NCBI GenBank assembly: GCA_010015805.1
Contig: ML978130.1
Coordinates: forward strand, 1,054,001-1,118,000
From: Rhizodiscina lignyota
Taxonomy: Eukaryota
Direction: 5' to 3'
Length of the DNA: 64,000 nucleotides
The translations under genes and the position numbers were made by a program. Below the pieces are notes generated by a model, which did no database searches, was not told the DNA's origin, and was given only the letters and a program-made list of their open reading frames with translations. Positions 12,025-25,862 of the stretch are shown one piece after another (position 1 is the first letter of the stretch; every line of letters starts with the position of its first letter).

Positions 12025-14319
12025 ATGGCAGCCAACCAAACGCCGCAGGGCCCGAAGCTCGACCGCTACGTCGTCATACACGTAGCAACGACATGCGACG
12101 AGCATGGCGTATATGTTACGAAGGACTCTGCCGAAGTCATAGAGCTTGGGTGGATTCTGCTCGACGCAAAGACTTGCGATGAGGTATGACACTGACTACC
12201 CGCTTCAAATTTTTTTATGGCCGTTCCAGACACTGACTGTGACGGCGACAGCTATACCGCGAATCGGTACTGGTGAAACCAGTTAACACGCCAATCACCC
12301 CCCTGTGCAGTATGTTTCCTCCTTTAGGCGCTTTGACGTCTTCATCACCTCTCCATCCCACTGCTTTACTTGCTGACACTGACTTCTTCCCCGTGCAGCA
12401 AGCTTGACCACGTTGACTTGGGAACACGTACGGAATTCTGGCACCTTCCGCGATGCAGTAACATCCTTCGACACGTTTGCCCAGCAACACCTCATCCCAG
12501 AGAACCTCGAATTCGCCTTCGTCACGCTTGACTCTTGGGATCTCCGCGTACAACTTCCGCGGGAAGCCCGGGACAAAGCTGTTGTCCTTCCTCCCTACCT
12601 CCAACACTCTCGCACATTCGATCTTCGCACAGAGTATCAGCGGTGGCAAGCACACCATCCAGAGTCACTGCCGTTCGGAAGCAGCAGCTTGACAAATATT
12701 TGCGCGGCACTCGAGGTTGAGCCTGTCCAAAACACAGCGCCCATCAAACACAACCTACCCTTCCACCTTCAAGCACTAGCCCCGGCCTCGCCGAGGCGTG
12801 CTATGGAAGAGGCTGTCACACTTGCTCGAGTACTGCGTGGCCTGATCAGAAAATCTCAACCCCAACACGAACACCCCGACGTGCTAACAAGGCCAATGGA
12901 TGCCAGAGCGGACGTGAGGGCATTCCTCACTGAGAGGAGCAAGGTTCTCCATATGAGTGGCTTGCCTCATGATACGACGCAGAGCGAGTTGGAGAGCTGG
13001 TTCACGCAATTTGGTGGAAGGCCGATCGCGTTTTGGACGCTGAGGACCCCGGATCAACACAAGCCCACGGGATCAGGCTTCGCAGTATTTTCATCACATG
13101 AAGAGGTAGGCTCTCCGAAGTTTCAGTCTGCTGTTGCCTCGTGCGAGAGGCACTCCGCGGAATCAGTGTTACGTCACCGTTCTCCTTCTCTACAAAAGTC
13201 TTTCTTTCGCATCTCACTTCCTTTGACTCTTCATCCAACTTCTCAATTCGATCTAGCTTACGTACAATGTACTACACACAGGCTGCCGAATCACTCTGCA
13301 TGAATGGCCGTGCTCTCAATGAGAAGGCCATCGAGGTCACGCCGTCCTCTTCCCGCGTTCTGGACCGCGCTGCCGAGATCTTGACTCCCTTCCCACCCTC
13401 GAAGAACCGTCCACGCCCTGGCGACTGGATGTGTCCTTCCTGTGGCTTCTCCAACTTCCAGCGTCGTACGGCTTGTTTCCGCTGCAGCTTCCCGGCCATG
13501 TCCAGTGGACCTCCTGCTGATCCAGCTATGATGGGCTATGGAGGTGGCTATGGTGGCATGGGCTACGGACCGATGGGAGGAGCGATGGGTATGGGCCATC
13601 CTGGCGGCCACCATATGGGCGGTCACCATGGTGGTATGGGAGGTCATGGAGGCGGTGGTCGTGGAAGTGGCGGCATCGTGCCCTTCCGCGCTGGTGACTG
13701 GAGGTGCGGAAACGAAGGCTGCTCCTACCACAACTTTGCCAAGAACGTCAGCTGTCTCCGCTGTGGAGGCCCTCGATCTCAAGCCGCTGTCGTCACCGAC
13801 CAAGCATTCCCGAGCCCAATGGAGACACCGAATTCCTTCGGCCCTCCCGCAGGTATGATGGGTGGCCCTCCAAGCATGGCAGGAACTCCAGGCCCTGGAC
13901 CGTTCGCAGCTCCAGCTGGTGCTTTCGGCTCTGGTGCCTTTGGCCCTCCAGGCGGCTTCGCAGCTCCTGCTCCGTCTACTTACGCTCTCCCCTCTGGTCT
14001 CGGCTACGGCTCCGGCCCTATGATGGGTGCTCCCTATGCAGCAAACGGTGGCATGCCTCCTCCACCTGCAGGCTTCGATGCTCGTGCCGAGGCAGCGTTT
14101 TCGGGTGCTGGCCATGGCCACATGGGTGCTGGTGCGTTCGGTAATGGTGCATCTGGTTTCGGTGGCGCAGATCCTTCATCGCAAGGACAGGCAGGCGTTG
14201 GTGCAGGTCCCGGCGGTCCGGATCCCTTCGCGTTCTTATCGGCTGGTTTGGGTGCGCTGAACGTCAATGACGAGAGGGGCAGGGCTGGTGGCGCTGGACA
14301 GGCGAAGAGTCCTGCTTAA
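12025..14319 (+). CDS. NRP1: NRP1/ARP1-like RNA-binding protein (exonuclease-like domain, RRM, two RanBP2-type zinc fingers); multi-exon
   Basis: Start MAANQTPQGPKLDRYVVIHVATTCDEHG; RRM SKVLHMSGLPHDTT...GSGFAVF; zinc fingers RPGDWMCPSCGFSNFQRRTACFRC and RAGDWRCGNEGCSYHNFAKNVSCLRC. Confidence 0.9.
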
Positions 14320-15550
14320 ACGGCTTCGTTAATCCCGGGGATGGAAACCGGTACGTAATATACTTTGACATGGATCAGATATTGGAGTTACGTCTCGGCA
14401 GATTAGCACGAAGATGGAGTGGGCTTTCTCTTCACAATCTCGACACATTTGGGAACCGGCAAACAATTCATTCCAATCGACGACGCCATCAAACGGTCAC
14501 ACTCAAACGGAGTCTGGCAGCTTCTTGGCTCAAGGCGGGAAGGAATTTGTCGGTCATGGATGGGGGACATCTCTCTTCTTCTTGGACTGGATCGGGCATC
14601 GGTTGCCTTCTCTCGAGGTGTTTGCGATCAAATCAAAATGGAACAACTGGCACAATAGAATGGGACATTAACGGTCAAAAGAATGCTCGGTGCTGGAGGA
14701 TGGAATGCTGCGGCTTTTTTGATTGCTGGATTTTTTCTCTTCAAAAGTTTCCTTCCATGATCACCTTTTTCATTCCATGTTGCTGCTTTCTCTTTTACAC
14801 CCTCCCCTTCTCAACTTCACCTTGTCTATTTGCAGCAAATACTCCGTTTCGATGTTGTTATTGCACCCCCGACATTGCACACCTTTTGCACAGCAGCTTG
14901 CACACTTCCCCTCTCGGCTCTCACCTCTTTCACACTCTTCAGAATGTTTGCAAGGCAGCAGCAACACATGCCTCTTTGGTATTCGACGGGACGGGAAACT
15001 TAAAGGTGCATAGCGCAGCGAAGGAACACACACCAAAAAGCACATAGGGTTATGGGCAGAACGTACTGCACTGCTGTGGCGTGAGCGGGATGCGTGGGGG
15101 CGTGCACTTGTGCTTACTCGCATGACGACCAGGCCAGGGTGGACTTTGTGGTTTTGTTTTGATTTTTGACTTTTTCCTCTTTTCTCCCTTTTTCGATTTC
15201 CAACTTCGGCTGCTGCTTTTCACTTCTCTTCTCCTCTTGATGCCACATGCCTCACTCCGGTATTGCAACGGGCGGATCGAGCTTGTAAACTCCTTTTTTC
15301 CAAAACAGTGAAGGAACGATTTGCACATCTTTGTGGACCAGCTGTGACTGATGTGATCGATTACTTGCGGTGAAAACTCTTATCGGCCGTTTCGATGTCC
15401 TGCTTTTGATGTCTATCGTAATATGCACAAGGCTCTTGCCTAAAAGCCCAACCAACAGAAAACCCAGTATGTACACTCCTCCAAGGACAGCCATGTATCC
15501 TTTCTTGAAACCATGTCCCAAATCTTTCGCCATATACCCAATTCCCCATT

Positions 15551-17572
15551 CTACTCCTTAACCATCTGAATCCCCACCCCCTCCGCCCTCCTCCCCTCCA
15601 CAAATATCACCGGCGGCGTATAGTGCTTCCTCCCATGCACGACATACACACCCACCGCCAGCAAAATCACCCCCACCCACAGCACCGGCCCATAGTTCGC
15701 ACTGCTCCCGTCCACCGGCAGCGCGACGGGGAAGCAGCACCACACGATCGCGAACACGCTGTATAGGAAGCCCGCGGCGTTGATCCAGATGCCCCAGCGG
15801 CCGAGGCTCCAGCGCGCGGGCGGGAGCGGTAGCGAGAAGACGCGGCGGTAGAGCACGCAGCCGATGGATATGGTGTAGGAGGAGAGCAGCGCGAGGAGCG
15901 AGAGCGACACGATGATGTTGAAGGCCAGCGTCGAGCCGAGGTTTATGAGGCAGAGGAGCGCGGAGAGCACGGAGGTCAGGTACACGCTGTTGAAGGGGAT
16001 TTGCGTTTTGTGGTCCATCTACGATGCATCATGTCAGCTTCTATGGACTGGGGAAAGAGGGATAGGAATGACAGACTTTGGTGATCCAATTGCTGAACGG
16101 GAATCCTCGGTCGCGCGCGAACGCCCAGGTCTCGCGCGACACGGTCGCGAGGAGCGTGATGTTGCCGATGTAGATGAGGATGATGAGCACGATCAGAATC
16201 ATCAGCGCGACGCCGTTGTTGCCCGTGTTCGCGACCAGCAGCAGATACGGGATATCCGCGTTCATTGCATCCTCAACCGGACCCCACGTGAACAGCATGG
16301 TGATCAGCGTCACCAGCGCGAGGACGAAGTTCAGCACGTACGACCACCACATGGTCTGCGGGACGACGATGGATGCATCGCCGACTTCCTCGCTGATGTG
16401 CACGGCGGTGTCGGAGCCGAGGATGCAGTAGAGCGAATTGACTTGGTTGAGCAGCACGGCGACGCTGATGGACCAGCCGGACTCGTTGGCGACTTCGATG
16501 AAGACTTGGTGCGCCGTGGCCTTTGGCGAGAGGACCCAGAGGGGAATGATGACCATGAGGAAGCCGGCGCAGTGGAAGAAGAAGGAGAGGCTCTCCAGCA
16601 CTGGCATCAATGTATCAGCATTGTCACTCGGGATATCCGAGGGCGGAGATAGGAGGGGATTGGCATACGGGGAAGGACTGGCGCAGCCCAAGTGTTGAAG
16701 ACGATAGTCGTCGCGATGAACGCGAGCATAAGCAGTGTGTACTGCCAGTTTGTAAATGCATAGTCGGGATTCGTGACGTTGATCATGACTTCAACGAGGG
16801 TGACTGTGAGGAAGGGACCCGACGTCTGACTCGCGAGCCACGCTAGGGTCGACATCCAACCTGGATTCAGATCAGTGGCCCTGAGTCATGGAGACGTCAT
16901 AGAAAATAGAGTATACCAGTTGCGTAGCTGAGGATCTTTTGGCTGCCATCGGGTGCGAATTCACTGACCCAGTGGTATTGGCCGCCCGAGGTGGGAGCCC
17001 TGCGATTGATTAGAGAAATCACCTCTTGCGAAGACCATTGTTGATAATGAAACATTGAGAGCTGTTGAACAGAATGTCCAAGTCGACAAGCACAATCTCC
17101 TGTGGAATCGTATTTCAAAAGTAAAATGTCGTCTCACATCGACTCCATCTCCGCCAGGGATGCCACAATCGGAGCATACGCGATACACGTGCCAAAGAAC
17201 ATCCAAAAGAGACCAGCGAACCCTCCGGAGAAGACACCAGCACTTAAGACTCTGCTCCAGTTAGCAATTGTCTGTAATCAACAGGGCGAAAGACGGACAG
17301 GATGACGATTTCCCATGTTGCCATGTACACCGATATGAAGCCCATGGTTGATATGAAGCCAAAATTCCTCTATCTTGGTGTCAGAAACCATAGTGAGCTG
17401 TTGAAACGCAGAAAGAACGCACCTTAAACTGCTGCTTCTTACCCAATCGCCTCATATCCGTTGCATCATCTTCGCCGTGGTCTCCCCAATTGGCTCCGTG
17501 AAAGACATCTTCCGCCACCGCCGACGTGTATCCAACATTCTTCTCGTCCGAGCCCCCATCGCTTGAGCCCAT
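15551..17572 (-). CDS. APC-superfamily amino acid/GABA/choline permease; multi-exon
   Basis: DMRRLGKKQQFK N-terminus, APTSGGQYHWVSEFAP, HISEEV, SRETWAFARDRGFPFS, many TM segments. Confidence 0.92.
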
Positions 17573-19232
17573 CTTTATGATCCTGTCCACTCCAAATTTA
17601 GATTGAGAGAATGAAGGAAGAACAGATAGTCAAAAGAACGAAGGAATGCAACAAGAAATCTATGGAGAAGGAAGAGAGATCCACGAGACAAATGCCTGAT
17701 AGCGGCGGAGCCTGGGGAAGATAAAGACAGATACTATGACCCTCGCAAGGTACCAGACCGTCCCTCGAGCCCTCCCCAACGCTCGCTTCACGCGGAGGGT
17801 TTGTTATTTGAAAAGAGTGCTAGCGACATCTAACCGTAGTCCAGTTTTTTCCATCACAGCAATAAAAAGTAACGCGGACGGTCCAACCGGCGTGCAGCAA
17901 TCGCATAGATACCGCATGCACAATTGGCGACGCCGTCTTCTTCAGTGGTTTGTACAGGGACAGAAGCGCACCATCTTGCACACACCTTCTCCATCGGGTT
18001 TGGCAAGTATCCAGTACATCGGGCTGAACCCCAGAAGAATGGACTCTGGAGGCTCCAGGGGCAGATCAACCGTTGGAAAGCTTGGATTTGCTTTGCTCCC
18101 CCTTGCGAGCTTGCGCAAGCGGCTGCGGAAAAGAAGAGATGAAGTGCTGCAGTCAGGTCTGCGATAGGTGCGGATAGGCGACCATGTAATCAGCAAGCCA
18201 GCATCATATGGCTAAATGGGGGTCCTGGTTCGATTGAAACCCCGAAGATGCAGGACGGGACGCGGAATGGCGCTTGCTTGCCGCGTGGGAGGACTGCAAA
18301 GGTTGGAAGAGACGCTGTGATGATGCGGTGCTGAGAAGTCCCTTTATCTTATCGCGAGGACTGCGCGAACATCGAAGCTTGTCCATCGGTGCGACATGGA
18401 TGGGAAACAGCACCTCTTTTATCGACCTTTAGCATGAGGGAACATCAGTTGAACTGCATCGGGACTTCCGAAATTGAAGAAGTGGTGACGAAGATTAGAG
18501 ATCTCATCATCAGGTGGTCCGCACTCCTGCACAATCACCACCTCACGGTCCATCTCCAAGCCAGCATTTGAGCCAGGTTCATGGTTTGGGATTTCGCGGC
18601 CGGGGAGCCACATGCCGGCAGTTCCTGGATTGGAGACTCGTCCCCCTGTAACGACTAAGGGACCAGTTGTTGCTCTTCAGTGACTCTTTCTTCCCTCAAC
18701 CATGAGGTGCAAACAAAGCCAGAACAGACAAAATGTTGCAAAGTGCTATTCAGCTTCCAATATTCGCAGGTGAAAACAGTGTGATTATTCAATTAGGAAA
18801 TCAGAGACTGACCTTGAACTTCCCCTGATATCAAGCACTTCGTTTCCAACCATCACAAGAGAAAATGTAGGAATAAGCAGGAATATTTCCCGGATTAAAT
18901 ATGGCATGTTTACTTAGACGGTCCTGTATTATATAGTTAGTGGGTACATATTTCATGAGCTAAAGAGTGTTGTTTGTAAGGCGTATGTTACTATTATTTT
19001 AATCTTGCATGTTTTGATATTACAATGGTGGCAGGATGAGATTGGAAGCGGTCGCTCTCTGCGGATCTCTCAGGGCGCTTCGAACTCTACAAACCGATGT
19101 TACAACATCTCGGGCCATTTAGAACACAATTACTTTCAAGTAAAGTATCTGTGATCAGCAGAAGGGGTAAATGTAGTTTTGGTTAACCCAAACCCTAACC
19201 CTTTCACAGCAACGATGATGAAGGCAAGTCTA

Positions 19233-20434
19233 TTACGGCAAGACTATGTACTTCTCTAAATGCTTCGGTACCGCTCCCAACAGCTTCTTCTCTTCCAGCC
19301 ATTTCCGACTGAATAACCGATCCGCATACCTATACGCGCCGTCGCATAATACCGTCACTACTGTGTGGCCCTTTCCAAGCTTTTCCGCGACCTTTTTAGC
19401 GGCCACCACATTGAGAGAGCTACTGGCGCCAAGATACAGACCTTCTTCATCTAAGCATCGGTACACGTATTCTACACTCTCCTCGTCCGGGATGTTGAAT
19501 GACCCATCCAATTGCTTGATGTTTGGTTTCAGATTGTTCGTTACCCGTCCTTGACCAATACCCTCCGTGATCGAAGATCCAGTGCGCTCAGTTAGAGTGC
19601 CACCGCTTTGAATGTACGAATGTAGGACACTGCCGGGCGGGTCTGCAAGGAAGCATTTGATGTTCGGGCTCTTGTCCTTCAGGTATTGCGTGACCCCGGC
19701 CAACGTCCCTCCCGTCCCTGTACCGGCTACGAAGGCATCGAGTTTTCCACCCGTCTGCGCCCATATCTCAGGTCCTGTTGTCTCGATGTGCGCTTGCCTG
19801 TTTGCGGTATTGTCGAACTGGTCCGTCCATACCGCGTTCTCCGTTTTCTCGGCATGCCGCTTCGCTTGGTGATTATAGTTTTCCGGATTGTCGTACGCTA
19901 CCGCCGGTACAGGATACACCTCGGCCCCTAGTAATCTCAACAGATCAATCTTCCCTTGGCTCTGTGTATTTGGCATGTATATGACGAGTTTGTATCCTTT
20001 GGACCGACATACGTGCGCGAGGCCAATTCCTGTGTTACCAGCTGTGCCCTCGACGACTGTCCCACCAGGATGGAGCTTGCCCGCCTTCTCGGCCGCCTCG
20101 ACAACATATAGAGCTGCTCGGTCTTTGACGCTACCGCCGGGATTTTGGAACTCGGCCTTGCCTAGGATCTCACAGCCGGTCTCCTCGGAGAGCTTCTTTA
20201 GGCGTATTAAGGGTGTCTTTCCGATTGCTAAGCACAAGATGTTAGCAATTGAGCGCCGCATGAACCACATTGGTGGAAGTTTATAATCTACTTACCGTCA
20301 ATGAAGCCTCTCTTAGCTATCCTCTGCGCATGGGAAATCTCCATGATGTGCGCAAGCTCCTCTTTGGACGCAATCGTTTCGTATGCCCGTTGCGCAGTTG
20401 TTACGAAGCGCCTTACTGCCGAGGGACGGAACAT
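19233..20434 (-). CDS. cysB: Cysteine synthase (O-acetylserine sulfhydrylase) with mitochondrial-type presequence; 1 intron
   Basis: PLP lysine motif [33 protein letters not shown]. Start [10 protein letters not shown] at 20434. Confidence 0.95.
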
Positions 20435-20745
20435 AGCAGACGGCACACAAACTGGCGGCGACAATGTCGCGCTGACTGCTAGGTAATAATCTTGATGAAG
20501 CTCGAGAGGTGTCTGAGAATTACCAATTGGACCCTTGCGCAATTGATGTCGCCGAGGTCGGGATGATGTAAGCGGGTCGTCTGCAATGACTTGCGCAGCA
20601 GATCCGCTAAGCTGGAATTAGGTAAATGTCAACAACTTCACGTGCGAGTCAACAACATCCACCCGTTCATGACGACTCCCAACTTTCCGCAATCTAGACA
20701 CCAATGAACGATTCGAATATCAACTAAATTCTATCTGAGAACGCC

Positions 20746-23700
20746 ATGCCTGGACGCGTCTCCGTCCGCCAGTCCCAGCGCGCGAGCGCCGTGTCGCGCA
20801 AATCCTCCACGCAAACCCTCAAGTCGCGCGCCTCTTCGACGCGTAATTCTGCACAAGCTGTCGAGATTCCCGACGAAGGGGCTTCAACAACCCTCCGACA
20901 GCATATTTGCGGCATCTTTGGTGATGCGCAGCGTGGTACGGCGACGCAGCGGAAACTCGCGGTCATTTTGAGGAAGATACAAGAAGAGTGCTGCTATGAA
21001 GTTGAGCCAAGCAGCAAGGGAAAGGGGGGCAAGAAGGGCAAAAAGGTCAAGGAATACAGCTTAGATGATGGAGAGGCTGAGTTCGGAGAGGACAATTTTA
21101 ACGAAGAGATTGCAAGATGCCTCATTAGAGTCTTGCCTGTGAAAAAGAGTGAGCCAGTGGGCGATAGAACAGTCAGGTTTTTAGGACTGTTCTTGAAATA
21201 TGCGTCTGACAAAGGTAGTCTCATTGATACCGATATCTTACCAGCTCGAAGCTAACTTAGGTGGTCTAGACAACGCAATTGCTGCGCCAGCGGACGATGA
21301 CGCCACTCAAAGTTTCCCTGAAACGCCCTCCTCCCGTCTCGTATGCCATATCTTGAAGACGCTTCTACCTCTCCTCACAGCGAAAGATAAGACAGTCCGT
21401 TTCCGCGCAACGCAAATCACAGCACATATCGTAAATACGCTCGATAGCATCGACGATGAGCTCTTTACAATTGTCCGCCACGGCTTGCTGAAGCGATTGC
21501 GCGACAAGGAAGCTGCAGTCCGCGTACAGGCTGTGCTTGGTTTAGGCAGATTAGCAGACGACGGTGACGAAGAGGACGAGGACAGTGATGACGAGGAAGA
21601 GCGAGGCGGCATTTTGCAAAAGTTGCTAGATGTCCTGCAGAACGACCCAAGTGCCGAAGTTAGGAGATCGCTTCTTCTCAACCTGCCATTCGCGCCAAGC
21701 ACATTGCCGTTCCTGCTCGAACGAGCGCGGGATTGCGACCCGGGTACGAGAAGAGCCCTTTACGCGCGATTACTACCCGCTCTCGGCGACTTTAGACACT
21801 TGAGCCTGACACATCGCGAGAAGCTCCTCCGCTGGGGCTTGCGCGATCGTGATGAGAACGTGCGCAAAGCTACAGCCCGTCTCTTCCGGGAGCGGTGGAT
21901 CGAGGACTGCGCAGCGAGTCGCGAGGCGCCAGAGGAAGGTGGAGATGCTCCAGCACCAGAACCAGGACAGGTAGCCAAACCGAGCTATGAAGCTTTGCTC
22001 GAACTTCTCGAGCGCGTCGACGTGGTCAACTCTGGCGCAGAAACAGGCATCGCACTGGAAGCGATGCGCGAGTTCTGGGAAGGCAGACCAGACTACGTTG
22101 ACATGATCCATTTCGATGACGACTTTTGGGATACTTTGGCACCTGAAAGCGTCTTTGTGGCACGCACGTTCAATGACTACTGTCGTAAAGGCGCGGACAC
22201 GGAACCGAGATTGGCCGGTATAATTGAAGACCGCATGCCGGAAGTCACACGTTTAGGCTTCATCTTACAGAAGAATATCGTCTTCCTCATTGAAGATGTA
22301 CAGAAAGTTGCTCTCCTTTCGGCTGCGGGCGATGACGGTGAAGAGGATGTTGCGAACGCGGAGGAAGACACCGTGGCCCAAGAATTCTGTCTCGAGCAGC
22401 TGCTTCATATCGCCTTGACGCAGGACTTTACTGACGAGATTGGACGCCGCAAGATGTTCGGAGTTATGAGGGAGGCGCTGGCTTTAGCGGAGCTACCTGA
22501 GGAATGTACTCGACTGGTTGTTGAGGTGCTGCGCGCGACTTGTGGCAAGACGCCAGCAGGAGAGAGGGAGTTCTGCGAAGTTGTTCTTGAAGCTGTGGCC
22601 GAGGTCCACGACACCATCATGGGCGAAGACGGAGAGAAGAGCGTGGACGATAGCTTCCATTCCGCGACTTCGCACATTACCGACAACCTGATCACGCCAA
22701 CAAAGAATGGAAAGAAGGGTCGCAAGCGTGATGATGACGACGAAGAGGAGGACGAACAGGAAGCCGATGAGGATAAGGCAGTAAAGGAGATCATGGTGAA
22801 CATGAAGTGCCTGCACATTGCGCAGTGCATGTTACAGAATGTGGAATGCCAGCTTGAGAACAACAGCCATCTGGTGACCATGTTGAACAATTTGGTCGTT
22901 CCAGCAGTCAGAAGTCAAGAGGCTCCCATTCGAGAGCGTGGGCTTCTCTGCTTAGGTTTGTGCTGCTTGCTTAGCAAGGTCAGTTCACTTCTCATCAATC
23001 TCATATAATAAGTACTGACCTTGATGACAGAATCTTGCCGAGGAGAATCTCACACTCTTCCTTCACTGCTTCAACAAAGGCTCCGATGCTCTCCAAATCA
23101 TTTCTCTGCAGATCATTACTGACATCCTCACCTCCCATCCTACACTCCTCCGTCCTCAACAACTCCAGCAGTCCATCGAAGATGGCGACACGACATCAGC
23201 TACGATCGTCAATCAGCCCAATCCCCTCCTCAAGGCCCTTCAAAAGATGTTCTCCAAATCCCTCAAATCGCCAACCAATAGCGTGCAAACAAACGGCGCC
23301 GTTTCCCTCTCTAAGCTCCTCCTATCTGCGCCCAACAGCCTCGACTCAGCACCAGACCTCCTCAAGCAGATGCTGCTGACGTACTTCGATCCTGACACTC
23401 GGGGCAATGCATCGCTCCGCCAGGCGCTGAGCTACTTCCTGCCTGTCTTCTGCCACTCGCGACGCGAAAATGCAGCGATGATGGCGACGATTGCAGTGGG
23501 AGTGGTGCATGTGCTGCACGAGAGACAAGAGGAGGCTGGTGAGGAAGAGGAGGACATGGGAAATGGCATGGTTGGACTTACCAGTGTTGGCGCGATGGTG
23601 GTTGATTGGACTGATGGGCGAAAGGGCGTCGATCCGGAGAAGGAGTGGGATGGTGTGGATGCTCATGTTCTGTTGGCTGAGGAAATCCTTGACCGTGTCC

Positions 23701-24354
23701 TTACGCCTGGGTGCAGTAGTAAGTGGGCTTTCTAAATCTGTGATTGACATCTCGCTAATGAGTTTGACAGAGGAGGAGCGCAAGTCGCTTATGTCAATGC
23801 TGGGCAAGCTGCATATCCCACAGTCCTCATCCACCGCTGCTGTCGAGGCTATGAAGGCTCTGCTCGAATTGGTAAATGAGGCTATCGAATCCAAGCTATC
23901 CACCGAGGCTTCTACCCGTAATGCCCTCAACAAACTATCTACATCTTTGACCAAGCATATCACCGCGGTAGCCCCTAGTACAGAAGTCAGTGGTGAGGTC
24001 GCAAGTGGTAGCGGAAGTGGAAATGAAGCTGTGGACGCTGATGGAGACGTCACAATGACCACCGTCGTTGATACACCTCGCCCAAGCAAGAAGCAAGAGC
24101 AGATTATTGAGGAAGAAGAAGAAGAAGAAGAAGAAGAAGACGAGGATGACGGAGCAGAAGGGGATACAACTGCGATGACAATGACCACGGAATTCGCTCC
24201 CGATGCAGAGGGAACGAGGATTGTGAGATTGGACGAAGAGGATGAGGTTGACGAAGAACATGACGCGACCGTTCTTGGGAAGAGCGAAAAGAGGCGGATA
24301 AGTGATCGGAGTTTATTGGATAGCTTGTTGGATAGTGCAGATGATGTCGCGTAG
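20746..24354 (+). CDS. YCG1: Condensin non-SMC HEAT subunit G (Ycg1/Cnd3); multi-exon
   Basis: HEAT motifs AKDKTVRFRATQI, RLRDKEAAVRVQAV, QNDPSAEVRR, WGLRDRDENVRKA, LRQALSYFLPVFC. Confidence 0.93.
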
Positions 24355-25008
24355 TGCAACATCAGGTTGCTGTATATTTCTCGGGCGTTAGCTTGGTCCT
24401 AAAGCACATAATCCCATTTGCATATGACCTCTGCGGTTTTTGTGCTTCCCTCTCACCCTCATTGTCTTGGGCATCAGGCTGCTGGAGTCCAAGCAGAGGA
24501 AAAGCAATACCTTGGCTATGATGGCCTTTCGATGGCTAAAAAAAATCATTAGTTGTATCTTGGCATGCCGATGGAAGCGGAGAATCCAACCAAAGTGCTG
24601 GCAGGCTTCAATACAGTGTATTTGTGAGTTGGAGAGAAGAAGATGGCATACTTCTATCTCACAAGGAAGCACATTAGCTACAGGAGCAGGCTGAAGTAGA
24701 CTTGGGTGACGCCTGCATGCGAATTTAAGGCGTCCATGGACGCGTCTGCGGGAGATGTTCGCCTGACTAAGAAGTTCACGTTATGAACTTTCCGTCATTT
24801 GCTGACAAGAGTGCGTATGGGCTCGATAGGGAGAATGTAACTAAGTAAGGATATCTAGAAGATGGGCATGATACTAATGCCCCGGTTTGCTATGCCTGAT
24901 ATTCCCATCAATGATATGAGATCCTCCTAAAACGCCGCCCAATGCATCTATAATGGTACAAGCCTCCTCATCCACGGCGCGCTCTTCATATCTCCTTCGA
25001 CTGCAACA

Positions 25009-25698
25009 TTATATTACATTCTTCCTCCTCTCTTCTTCCGGTAATCGCATATACCAATCAATCGCAGCACTAAACGCCGCGAATCCACCACATCCCAGCG
25101 CCATCGCCTGCGGACCTGCCTTGACTGCTAATGCCCCACCCGTCAAACATCCCGCCGATACGCCATTCCATAAGTCATTCTTCGCGCGGAAGCCCTCAAT
25201 GGTGCATTCAGTACCGCTGAAGATAGCGCCGATGAGGCCGAAATTCTTTGCAGATGAGTAGGAAGTTTTGGCCATGTCGCGCAGACCGAGTCGCAGTTGT
25301 TGGCGCATGGGGAGAGTAGATATGTCAGGCGTATTCGCCGGGTTTAAAGGATTTGAAGCATTGAGTGGGCCGGATAAAGGTGTATCGTATCGCATCTATA
25401 CACCTTCGTTAGAGAGAGTTTGAAAGAGATGGACGTAACCATACGCTGGACATGAAGAGGCCGAACATGCCACCAAGAGCAAAACCAGCAACTCCAGCCA
25501 TGACAGTTTTGGCGGCACAAGATTCCATGCCTGCTTGTATCTTTGTATTCTGTCAGCTTTGAATCTAGAATGCAGTGTTGAACGTATTGCGTGCGGTCGT
25601 ACGTATTTGATGACCTTCTGCTCTTGTAATTGCTGATCCGACAGGTTCCCTCCTCCTCCGGCCGCTCCTCCCATGCCGGGCATACCTGGAATATTCAT
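25009..25698 (-). CDS. TIM22: Mitochondrial inner membrane translocase Tim22; multi-exon
   Basis: [43 protein letters not shown]...[13 protein letters not shown]. Confidence 0.95.
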
Positions 25699-25862
25699 CG
25701 TGAACAGTTGCGATAGATGAGATGCGACGAAAGGACTTTTTGCGGCGAGCGAGAAGATGAGACGAAATGCGGCAAATTCCGTTCTCGGGGGTTTGCTCCG
25801 CAAAAGGTACGGACAACGTCGAACTTTTCTCAACTACATCCATTCTCATCAATTGCTACGAA

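Noticed and set aside
19184..19201. Telomere-like TAACCC-AAACCC-TAACCC
   Set aside because: Only three imperfect units in a 3' flank; not a telomere, and no supporting telomerase RNA features.
24112..24139. GAA trinucleotide run
   Set aside because: Encodes the poly-Glu tract in the Ycg1 acidic tail.
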